Below, piece by piece: positions 57,001-64,000 of a DNA stretch of 64,000 bases. Location: positions 28,600 through 92,599 of the forward strand of contig CAZPQX010000001.1 in NCBI GenBank assembly GCA_964589445.1, in the 5' to 3' direction. The position numbers and the translations under genes were made by a program. The notes under the pieces are model-generated. The model searched no databases. It was given only the letters and a program-made list of their open reading frames with translations, and had not been told where the DNA came from. This DNA comes from an uncultured Candidatus Saccharibacteria bacterium. GTDB lineage: Bacteria > Patescibacteriota > Minisyncoccia > Phycocordibacterales > WO2-35-19. Numbering within the stretch: position 1 is the stretch's first letter; each line of letters starts with the position of its first letter.

Positions 57001-58872
57001 GAAGAAACTATCCGATCGTCAGTAAACTTCCGCACTCAGCACGTCATTGTCGATGATCTGGCTCAAGCAATTGTGAAGCGCAACTCTACCGGTTGGAAGA
57101 GTTGCATTGAGGAACTCAATTTGCTCGTTGGAAAGAAGGAGAAAGCGACGAGGCTTAACGAACTATGTGAACAGATCAAAGAACAGGTACCAAATCTGTG
57201 CCGTGAAATCATCGAGCTAGCTGATCAGAAGCAGAAATTTGATTGTCCAGAGAATCTGCTGATCGCATGGAAAGTCGCACGGCTTGAGTCATGGCTCAAT
57301 CATATTCATGACCATGTTGATGTCGATACCTTGCAGAGTGAACTCGAGCGTTTAAACAAAAAGGAATTTGAACTCAATTCTGAACTCGTTACTGTGCTTG
57401 CGTGGCAGCGTCAGATCGACAAGGTTACCAAGCGTCAGCGCGATGCTTTGATGGCTTGGTCCGATGCAATGAAGAAGTATGGTAAAGGCACTGGAAAATA
57501 TGCGAACAAGTGGCTGAATGCCGCACAGCAATCTCTCAAGGAAGCAAAGAATGCAGTTCCTGTCTGGATCATGCCTCTTCACCGCGCAGCTCAAATGTTC
57601 TCAGACCCTACGGCGGGAATGTTCGATGTGGTGATCTTCGATGAGGCAAGTCAATGCGATATTCGTGGTCTCACTATCGGATATCTTGGTAAGAAATTGC
57701 TTGTCGTTGGAGACCCTGACCAGATCAGTCCGGCGGGCATATTCCAAGATCAGGAAAAGACCTTTGAACTTATTTCCCGATTCCTCTTCGATATTCCCCA
57801 TAAGGATAACTTCTCGATCACTTCGAGCCTCTTCGATCTGGCAAAGATTCGTATTCCAAACATGATCCAGCTGAATGAGCACTTTAGATGCGTTCCTGAG
57901 GTCATTGCGTTCAGCAACTACCACATCTACGATTCAAAGCTTAAACCGCTTCGACATCCGCACCCTAAAGGACTCCTGAAGCCTGCTCTTGCTCCTATAT
58001 TGGTCGAGGGAGGCTATCAGAACACCAATAATAAGGTGAACGAACCAGAAGCGAAAGCTGTCGTAGAGAAGCTTGTAGAACTTTTGGAGGATCCGAATTA
58101 CCAGAAGCGTCCTGACGGCCATCTTTGCAGTTTTGGAATTATTTCTCTGCTCGCAGAAGATCAGGCGAAATACATCAAGGATCTAATTTTGAAACACCCG
58201 AAGATCGGAGAGAAAGTGATCGAGGAAAGAAAGATTATTTGTGGTGACGCATACGCATTCCAAGGCGATGAACGCGATGTGATGCTTCTATCCATGGTAA
58301 GAGCCCTTGATCCAAACAAGCCAAATGACACTGTCGCACCTCTTACTGATAAGGGTGCAGCACAACGCTTCAATGTGGCTGCTACTCGCGCACGTGATCA
58401 GGTATTCCTTTTCCACTCAATTCCTTTGGAAGAATTCCGAAATCAGAATGATTGGCGATTCAAGCTACTTAATTGGTACTACGATCCAAAGAAAGAGGAA
58501 CTCAAAGCTGGCCGCGAGATACTTAAGAAAGAATTTGATTCAGGCAGAGCGTCAAACTTCTCATACGAAGTTGGAAATCTCATTATCGATAAAGGTTATC
58601 AGGTTCTGCCTGAATATCCCGTAATCGGCTATCGTATAGATCTTGTAGTTCAAGGTGCTGAAGCTCGTCTTGCAGTTGAATGTGACGGAGACCAGTATCA
58701 TACGCTCGAAAACTGGGAAGAAGATCAAGTCCGCGAGAGACAACTTCGCCGTGCTGGGTGGGAATTCTGGCGTGTGACCGGTAGCTCATTCTATCGCCAC
58801 AAGGAAAAAGCACTCGATAGCCTTTGGAAGAAGCTCGACGAGCTTGGTATCAAGCCGATGATTGATCGCTAG
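54067..58872 (+). CDS. 1601-aa SF1 helicase (AAA_11/AAA_12, Upf1-like) fused to a C-terminal DUF559/Vsr-like endonuclease; N-terminal Cys4 zinc finger
   Basis: Walker A 'GPPGTGKSHTIANLI', Walker B/motif II 'VVIFDEASQCD', motif VI 'VAATRARDQVFLFHS'; C-terminal 'RIDLVVQGAEARLAVECDGDQYH...RRAGWEFWRV' = DUF559; N-terminal 'CTVCKNHKVKEGNICYEC'. Confidence 0.8.
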   Translation: MARFTRKFDAKAYWATKPYCTVCKNHKVKEGNICYECKQAAMKQKRELNKNNEVEIESFASADIETPEPRKKRVSNISAEAQNKVVRLFTYLEKALAVDDSIVRDFRTNTAAPSPWWLADYPTDLENLSIRPFDTEKTPEGVQSTSWLKVEKKNIKAAPELPSQLEEWIDEVNPLQEPVAKEKVDRKVRFADDKDREKEFKNFRKNFEQGDEIPEILKDWVTILPNQLPESISVKYVPDNWADHPELAKLLDGYTENEWKPWAEQVKKVYKANLLYDQLYALRLLLKNEGDNYELLLGHGVLTWQHQGVGTIYTPVFLSPLTLDFDASKRTIEINPDPMFRNFVETSSLYETDNPAEMDLITWGDTINANPFDFWHLETLKGQAQTLVNYISPDGEDNFTDEIVSAPTASKNPSIWNAPVIFARKRTNDMWSKYAATIRKDIEQYGVEATEFITDLVGEYDETPVGARDGSDGERMESGNVSIPESELYFPLPWNDEQKRIAERLDANYGVVVKGPPGTGKSHTIANLISRFLAQGKSVLVTSQTSKALEVLREKLPENIRSLAVSQLQQTAKRDDVLQQSIGEISSNLGERDTKFSEARAENVRRDLKKVREEKATLAAKIRQYILTDSSENLVIDGEEIKPIDAAKFVDKNKDNEAIAWFTDKVPFDSAPNFTEEDLQEIYDLAKDVEEVDRSLHKEDLPDHSILPNEDVVLSAFAAHRDLSAKSKASDEAFSKAKIDQETLGQLWELLSRAKKVLGSINQDYEQEIFDACAISQNERDKWSSILSKISEKIQIVAKGKNNAIGHVITGQSNLSTHDLREAVEALYAKASKGKLGTFGKMLLPGNAKRILETYKVDGAGPDSPERVEILRNSILVEAAEREIKTLLEQGLSALKNPLEIDLDRLDLVKLEVFVASIQRLANYHSDFAGINTCFNEVKELSDLSFTKKTDIETAIELTASRAAAFELKNLEKSFTEWEETIRSSVNFRTQHVIVDDLAQAIVKRNSTGWKSCIEELNLLVGKKEKATRLNELCEQIKEQVPNLCREIIELADQKQKFDCPENLLIAWKVARLESWLNHIHDHVDVDTLQSELERLNKKEFELNSELVTVLAWQRQIDKVTKRQRDALMAWSDAMKKYGKGTGKYANKWLNAAQQSLKEAKNAVPVWIMPLHRAAQMFSDPTAGMFDVVIFDEASQCDIRGLTIGYLGKKLLVVGDPDQISPAGIFQDQEKTFELISRFLFDIPHKDNFSITSSLFDLAKIRIPNMIQLNEHFRCVPEVIAFSNYHIYDSKLKPLRHPHPKGLLKPALAPILVEGGYQNTNNKVNEPEAKAVVEKLVELLEDPNYQKRPDGHLCSFGIISLLAEDQAKYIKDLILKHPKIGEKVIEERKIICGDAYAFQGDERDVMLLSMVRALDPNKPNDTVAPLTDKGAAQRFNVAATRARDQVFLFHSIPLEEFRNQNDWRFKLLNWYYDPKKEELKAGREILKKEFDSGRASNFSYEVGNLIIDKGYQVLPEYPVIGYRIDLVVQGAEARLAVECDGDQYHTLENWEEDQVRERQLRRAGWEFWRVTGSSFYRHKEKALDSLWKKLDELGIKPMIDR

Positions 58873-59023
58873 GTCTTCGCGACACGTTTTCAAAAGTGAT
58901 AAAATAAATCTACAAAGTCCCAAGACCTAACCCTCGAAAGAGATATGGTCGCAAAACCGTCCAAGGCAGTTTCCTCGCACGAGGATTCGACCTTTTGTGT
59001 CGAGTCGGTGCGGGGATTTTGTT

Positions 59024-60073
59024 TTATCCACCTATCCAGAACCACAGGTTATTCTTGGTCTCCTCGCTCAACTTGTAGGCATCAGCATGCGACATTACAC
59101 CCATATATGAGCGAAGCGAAGATTGCAGGGTTTCCTCGCTAATATTCCCGTCCTTAAACATTGCCGCTTTCTCTCGGAGCTTACGGATCATTCTGCGCCT
59201 CGTTCGTGCTCTGAGAAGGATATGGTGTGGAAAGATAACGTAGCCTAAGAAATCCACTCCTTGGTTTGGCTTACGGACAATAACCTTTTCAGGGTGAAGG
59301 GATAGCTTGAGTTGTTCTTGCAGGAAATTCTCCATCTTGACAAGGATCGGTTCCAATTCTGATTCGTCATGGCTCAATACCACAAAATCATCGGTGTAAC
59401 GGACATAGCACGCGACTTTCAGTTCGCGCTTAACGAACTGGTCAAATTCATTCATGTATACATTCGCAAAAATCTGCGAAGTGAGATTGCCGATCGGAAC
59501 ACCTCTATGACTGAAAAGATCGGACTGACCGCTAGAGAAGCTTCCTACAATTTCTCTCAAAAGCTCCATCATCTCTGGATCTTTTATTTTCCTTTCAAGA
59601 ATAGACAGCAGGATTGTGTGGTCCACCGAATCAAAGAATTTTCTTACATCACATTTAAGCGCATAGCAGGGGCGCGTGTAATTCTTGCTTACTTTGCGGA
59701 TCATTGTATTGAGTGTCGCAACCCCCTTATGAGTTCCTTTGCCTACGCGACAAGAGAACGAGGTCGGTATAAAAGTAGGCTCAAAAATCGGATTCAATAC
59801 ATTGAAAACTGCATGGTGCAGAACTCTGTCTCGCACGCTTGCTTTATGTATATGTCGGCGCTTCGGATCATAGATATGAAAACCCATATACGGACGATGT
59901 TTGTAGGTCTTGTCCCTAATCTCTCGGTACAACTCGAAAACATTCTGCTCAAGATTTCTCTCGAACTCCAGAACGTCCTCCTTCTTTCCTTTGTCCCGCT
60001 TGAATTCGTCCCAAGCCGAAAACAAGTTTTCGGGACTGCACACATTATCAAATAATTTATTAAATGTTTTCAT
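59024..60073 (-). CDS. diversity-generating retroelement reverse transcriptase
   Basis: 349 aa; RT motifs, 'YVRYTDDFVV' (YxDD); DGR-specific motif-4 'GVPIGNLTSQIFANVYM' (SQ in place of the group-II QG). Confidence 0.85.
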   Translation of the reverse strand: MKTFNKLFDNVCSPENLFSAWDEFKRDKGKKEDVLEFERNLEQNVFELYREIRDKTYKHRPYMGFHIYDPKRRHIHKASVRDRVLHHAVFNVLNPIFEPTFIPTSFSCRVGKGTHKGVATLNTMIRKVSKNYTRPCYALKCDVRKFFDSVDHTILLSILERKIKDPEMMELLREIVGSFSSGQSDLFSHRGVPIGNLTSQIFANVYMNEFDQFVKRELKVACYVRYTDDFVVLSHDESELEPILVKMENFLQEQLKLSLHPEKVIVRKPNQGVDFLGYVIFPHHILLRARTRRRMIRKLREKAAMFKDGNISEETLQSSLRSYMGVMSHADAYKLSEETKNNLWFWIGG

Positions 60074-60426
60074 CTATGAATGACACTGACATCCCAATTC
60101 TTAAGAAATCGTATGAGCTTTATAAGATCTTTCACGAATACCGAAGAGTTATTCCGAAGACGGAACGCTTCACGGTATACGAGCGTAGCGAGAACGCCAT
60201 ACTCGACGTTATCGAATGCTTCTTTGAGGCAGGATACATGCGAAGCAATAACAAAGTTGCATTGCTGGAAAGAGCGAGCGTGAAGCTTAATCTTCTGCGC
60301 TTCTTCTTCCGTCTCATGAAGGAGAGCAAGACCTTCGACAACAAGAAATACGTTGCGCTTCAGACGGTCATCGACGAGATCGGCCGAATGCTGGGCGGAT
60401 GGATCCGTTCCAGCAGCGCGAGGTAA
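60064..60426 (+). CDS. avd: Avd-like accessory variability determinant (four-helix-bundle protein)
   Basis: ~117-120 aa; 'IPKTERFTVYER...FFEAGYMRSNNKVALLERASVKLNLLRFFFRLM...IDEIGRMLGGWIRS' matches the four-helix-bundle / 23S-IVS protein family used by DGRs; the likely start is the second ATG (~60076). Confidence 0.7.
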   Translation: MFSSMNDTDIPILKKSYELYKIFHEYRRVIPKTERFTVYERSENAILDVIECFFEAGYMRSNNKVALLERASVKLNLLRFFFRLMKESKTFDNKKYVALQTVIDEIGRMLGGWIRSSSAR

Positions 60427-60474
60427 CAAAAGAGCGTCCGCTGGGACGCTCTTTTGCCGATGAAGGAGTGACTT

Positions 60475-60602
60475 CGGAACGAACCCGGAAGCCGACCCGT
60501 AGTTGTCGTTGGCATTGTCGAACCAGTTCGTGTCGAACTTGACCTTGCCGTCGTTGAAGTTGAAGTACGGGGCGTTGTCGAAGCGGACATCGGAATCCGG
60601 AT
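60475..60602 (-). repeat. DGR template repeat (TR)
   Basis: 128-bp repeat with ~10 mismatches to VR at 61014-61141; every mismatch is at a T on the plus strand (= A in the minus-sense TR). Confidence 0.85.
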
Positions 60603-60906
60603 GTTTGCCTTTACCCGTCCGTGTCACCGAAGCTTGAAAGCGGTTCCTGTTGGAAACAAGACGCGATCTCGCTCCTGAATTTTATTCAGCAACACCCGCC
60701 GTATAGGCTTATTGGTTTGCATTGAATAAAAGCAAGCAGTATCTCCTTATCGCGGCACTCTCCTCCAAACCGTAATCGAGAGGACTCTGGCCGGTTTCTC
60801 TAAAGAGAAAGAGTTCGGCGACGGCAATCCGTAAACGGCCGTGCATTAGCCTAGACTCGCCGTTAATTGTATCAAAAATTGAGCGCTACGCGCATAAAAA
60901 GAAATC

Positions 60907-60936
60907 AGGGTTACCCACGCTGTGGATAACCCTGAA
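60907..60936. terminator. hairpin cagggtta-cccacgctgtgga-taaccctg ~70 bp 3' of VR (target-gene terminator and/or DGR-associated stem-loop)
   Basis: 8-bp stem, T-runs on both sides. Confidence 0.5.
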
Positions 60937-61004
60937 ATTTTTTGCCGCGAATTCAAGAATCAAAAGAAAGGATTCAAAAGACTCAAGAATTCGAGGATCG
61001 AGGA

Positions 61005-61898
61005 TCAGTTCTGCGGAACGAACCCGGAAGCCGACCCGTAGTAGTCGCTGGCATAGTCGAACCAGTACGTGCCGAACTTGACCTCGCCGTCGTGGAAGTT
61101 GAAGTACGGGGCGCGGCCGAAGCGGACATCGGAATCCGGATCGTCGTACTCGTCACCCGAGCAGTCGATCCAGAGGTCGTCATAGTTCATGAGCCGTTCC
61201 GGATGGGTCAGGATCATGATGCCGATGGCGAACGCGCCGAGGCCGAACTCGTTGGAGGCGAAAACCTCGCGAGCACGACGAACGGAACGTCCACGATGAC
61301 GGATGCCGAACTGCGCCGGAACGACGAGGATGTCGTGATCTTTCTGCTCGTCGCCGAGCTTCTGGAACACGCCTGCCGTCTTGGTTGTCTGCCGAAGACG
61401 CTCGGGACCGAGCTGGCCGTCGCGGTAGTTGTAGAACTTGCCGTTACGGGTCTGCTTGATCATGTCGAGCACCTTCTGCACCGCCTCGTTGTAGGTCGGG
61501 GCGATCTTCTCCCACTTCGGGATGGCGAACCATCCTTCGGCGTTCGGGGGAAGCGCACCTTCGGCCAGCTTCTCGTCGGCGTAGCCGATGCCGGGGAACA
61601 GCTCGCGCAGACGGTTGGTCTGTTCGGTGATGCCCTTCGGCTTGTAGCCGGAGAGGTACCCGTAGCTGGATTCGGTTTCCTCGTCCTTGAACTTGTCGGA
61701 GACCGACAGGTCCTTGAGCGAGGCGAGTGCCGCATTGCGGATTGCTTCGGCGAATTCGTCGCCGTGTTCGATGACGCGCTGTGCGCCAGGGTTGTCGAGA
61801 CCGAGCTCACCGAGAACCTTCTCGATGGCATCGGAGCCGAACCGGTTGATCTGCTTGATCTGACCGGCGGTTGCGTTTGTCTGAGTAATCGCGTTCAT
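61005..61898 (-). CDS. DGR target protein with C-terminal variable C-type-lectin-like region
   Basis: 298 aa from the GGAG-preceded start 'MNAITQTN'; C-terminus 'SDVRFGRAPYFNFHDGEVKFGTYWFDYASDYYGSASGFVPQN' is encoded by VR; markedly GC-rich. Confidence 0.75.
   Translation of the reverse strand: MNAITQTNATAGQIKQINRFGSDAIEKVLGELGLDNPGAQRVIEHGDEFAEAIRNAALASLKDLSVSDKFKDEETESSYGYLSGYKPKGITEQTNRLRELFPGIGYADEKLAEGALPPNAEGWFAIPKWEKIAPTYNEAVQKVLDMIKQTRNGKFYNYRDGQLGPERLRQTTKTAGVFQKLGDEQKDHDILVVPAQFGIRHRGRSVRRAREVFASNEFGLGAFAIGIMILTHPERLMNYDDLWIDCSGDEYDDPDSDVRFGRAPYFNFHDGEVKFGTYWFDYASDYYGSASGFVPQN
61014..61141 (-). repeat. DGR variable repeat (VR)
   Basis: See TR. The TR-encoded peptide is 'DSDVRFDNAPYFNFNDGKVKFDTNWFDNANDNYGSASGFVP'; the VR-encoded version has Asn (AAC) codons diversified to G/R/H/Y/S. 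Confidence 0.85.
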
Positions 61899-62397
61899 TT
61901 GCGTTATCTCCAATTTTTCTGAATTGCCGAAATCGCTCGGTGACGACTTGTCCCTGTATGAGACGAGTTTGCTGAGGCCTAAACTAAGCCACAAAAAGCT
62001 CGTCTCATGCATCGTTATGCAGTGATCCTTATCTCAAAGAGCAGTCTCCAGTATCATATCAAACAAATGACTGTTTGTCAATGATTTTGGCGATATGTCA
62101 AATGTCGGTAAAAGGGCTTCGCAACAGCCTTTTTCTAAGCTAAGCTACTGACTAATACCATCAATTTTGGTATTATGTTCTTGGTACAACTGAATATGAA
62201 TTGACCTAACCCCTCAGGGATTTCCCCGAGGATATGGTCGAAAATTCCGTCCAAAGTAAAGAACTCCTAATCAGAGCTACTTTGGACGGTCATATCTCGA
62301 AAGGGGTATGGGTATATCTCACGGGATATATCGGCCTGGTTAGGAGCTTTTTGCTACCTGACTAATTATTAGATTAGTTAAAAATCCGTCCAAAAAT

Positions 62398-63078
62398 ATG
62401 AATGATTCTTCACAGCCTTCAGCGAAGGCTACGCACCTTACCCTAGGTGGCATTATCGTCTGGCTCTTTAGTATCGGTTTTCTGTTCTCAGGGTTCATGT
62501 CCCTCTTTACCAACTTCGGCATGGGATTGATCATGATCCTCGCGGGTCTCTTGTTCCTCCCACCGCTGACAAAATACTTGAAAGAGAAGCACAACTTCTC
62601 GATCTCCGGTCCGCTCAAAATAGTGCTCCTATTCGGGATCATTATCATGGGCGGCTATTTTATTAGCCAAGATGATGACACGGCACCAGCAACCGTAACG
62701 GAGACTCGTCCTTCAGCCGCGTACGATGTTTCGTCTCTTGTCGGACTCAGCCTCACGGAGTTGAGAACCAAACTCGGCACTCCGTCATACGACACCGAAC
62801 CTACCGCACAGCAACTTGCTCTCGGTGGAATCGATACGTGGGAAAAGAGCTGGGATGTCGGTGAGTACAGCATCATGGCAACGTACGACATCAAGACAAA
62901 GGAAATCACTGACCTGTTCTTCGGCGCAGATAGCGACGCGGCCTTCAAGCGATTCGAGGATACCAACAATATCCTTGCCGCAGGAAACCTCTCAACAAGC
63001 GATCCTAAATACTCGGTCGAGTTCGTCAAAGCGAAGAATGGTCCCGGCTACACCGGAGCTATCATCCGCGCAAAGTAA
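62398..63078 (+). CDS. membrane protein with extracytoplasmic C-terminal domain
   Basis: 226 aa; 3 TM helices then 'SQDDDTAPATVTETRPSAAYDVSSLVG...' soluble domain. Confidence 0.5.
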   Translation: MNDSSQPSAKATHLTLGGIIVWLFSIGFLFSGFMSLFTNFGMGLIMILAGLLFLPPLTKYLKEKHNFSISGPLKIVLLFGIIIMGGYFISQDDDTAPATVTETRPSAAYDVSSLVGLSLTELRTKLGTPSYDTEPTAQQLALGGIDTWEKSWDVGEYSIMATYDIKTKEITDLFFGADSDAAFKRFEDTNNILAAGNLSTSDPKYSVEFVKAKNGPGYTGAIIRAK

Positions 63079-63081
63079 GCC

Positions 63082-63879
63082 ATGAAATTCCAATTACCCG
63101 GCTTCGTCGATCGGTACTTCAAGAAACAAGAGGGTCTCAAGAAATACCAAGAATCAATTACTTCGTTTCTAGCAGACAGCGAGATTTCAGTCGAAGAGAA
63201 CGAAAAGCTTGTGGAGATGCAAAAGGAATTCGGCCTATTCGCCGAGGACGTGAAAGGTATTCACAAAACCTCGATTGCTTCCGTATTCACGAGTATCGGT
63301 TCTGACAAACGGATCACTGACGAGGAGAAAGTTTCTCTTGAAAAGTTGCTTACCCACTTCAACGTCTCGAAAGAAGACATCGCGTTCAATCAAGACAGCT
63401 TCAACAAGTATTATGCTCTTGCTCTCATTGATAAGGGAGTGCTGCCTACGATAAGTAACCCTGAGTCACAGGTGAATATTGTCTTCAAACCAGATGAGAT
63501 CCTGCACTGGGGCATGGTGGCAAACTTGATGAAGCGTAAGAAGATAACGACAAAAATAAATTACGGCGGACTCACCGCTTCGGTCAAGATTATGAAAGGG
63601 GTACGCTACCGCGTTGGCTCGATGAACATAGGTAGCGAATCCAAGGAAATAATAGATATGGAGGATTCCGGCATCTTCTACGTCACTAACCAACGTCTTG
63701 GCTATCTTGGATACCGCAAACAATTCTCGTTCCCATTCAAGAAGATTGGGTCACTAGAGCTTCGTCCAGATGGACTTCATATCTTCAAGGACGGCAAGGA
63801 AGCCCCGTATATTCTTCAGTTGAGCGATTACGAGTTAGCACTTGCGGTTATTTCATTCCTCTTAAATAAGGACGCATAA
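63082..63879 (+). CDS. hypothetical protein (265 aa)
   Basis: ORF immediately after the previous gene; no motifs. Confidence 0.45.
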   Translation: MKFQLPGFVDRYFKKQEGLKKYQESITSFLADSEISVEENEKLVEMQKEFGLFAEDVKGIHKTSIASVFTSIGSDKRITDEEKVSLEKLLTHFNVSKEDIAFNQDSFNKYYALALIDKGVLPTISNPESQVNIVFKPDEILHWGMVANLMKRKKITTKINYGGLTASVKIMKGVRYRVGSMNIGSESKEIIDMEDSGIFYVTNQRLGYLGYRKQFSFPFKKIGSLELRPDGLHIFKDGKEAPYILQLSDYELALAVISFLLNKDA

Positions 63880-64000
63880 GAGCCCCTATAGGGATACCTT
63901 TTTGAATTCCTCTTTGTACTTCTCAATCACATCCAAAACCTCGCTATCTTCTTCGAGGTCAAACCCGAACCTGCCGTCCGTGATGTGGATGCCGTAGCGG

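Larger units (their letters stand above)
50106..64000. mobile_element. putative integrated genomic/defence island beside tRNA-Ser (right boundary not in window)
   Basis: Abrupt shift to higher G+C. Island-type cargo: large serine recombinase, Xis-like HTH, DUF2726, helicase-nuclease, complete DGR. Begins immediately 3' of a tRNA. Confidence 0.55.

Noticed and set aside
60942-61922. 326-aa plus-strand ORF (also 61460-61831 minus, 60983-61183 minus, 60360-60590 minus, 60070-60627 minus)
   Set aside because: GC-rich spurious frames antisense to, or out of frame with, the DGR target gene and TR. The 60070-60627 'ORF' is simply the TR read in frame, and also runs antisense through avd. The real gene is 61005-61898 (-) with an SD-preceded start.

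Overview
This 64 kb window looks like a low-GC, gene-dense bacterial chromosome segment; I read the gene content as reminiscent of a CPR/Patescibacteria-type reduced genome, but that is inference.

- **1–15.8 kb, housekeeping core.**
  - Sugar-phosphate genes (rpe, rpiB, gap).
  - A ribonucleotide reductase with an ATP-cone.
  - rpsA, pth, lepB, rpsU, ybeY, ftsA, ftsZ, trxB.
  - An RRM-type RNA-binding protein.
  - A degenerate HisRS-like paralog.
- **15.9–33.2 kb, a ~16 kb single-strand operon** encoding a predicted cell-surface apparatus.
  - The operon opens with a Tat-signal protein, opposite a divergent tatC-tatA pair.
  - Three large tandem paralogous repeat proteins follow; two share an identical ~1 kb 5' segment.
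  - Next come a giant tandem-repeat protein ending in a dockerin-like domain and two membrane-anchored cohesin-like proteins.
- **33.8–39.3 kb, cell-wall enzymes:** a PG-binding glycosidase, a GT2, a polysaccharide deacetylase and a CAP-domain protein.
- **39.4–40.2 kb, RNA locus.** Two tandem related GC-rich small structured elements sit upstream of tRNA-Val(GAC), followed by a degenerate tRNA-like copy.
- **41.4–45.7 kb, carotenoid-type cluster:** polyprenyl synthase, phytoene synthase, phytoene desaturase and a UbiA prenyltransferase.
- **50.0–64 kb, a GC-richer genomic island** starting just after tRNA-Ser(GCT).
  - It carries a large serine recombinase, an excisionase-like HTH protein and a DUF2726 protein.
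  - A 1601-aa SF1 helicase fused to a DUF559 endonuclease has the architecture of single-gene helicase-nuclease defence proteins.
  - A complete diversity-generating retroelement is present: an RT with the IGxxxSQ motif, Avd, and a 128-bp TR/VR pair differing only at TR adenines.

No CRISPR array and no rRNA were seen.
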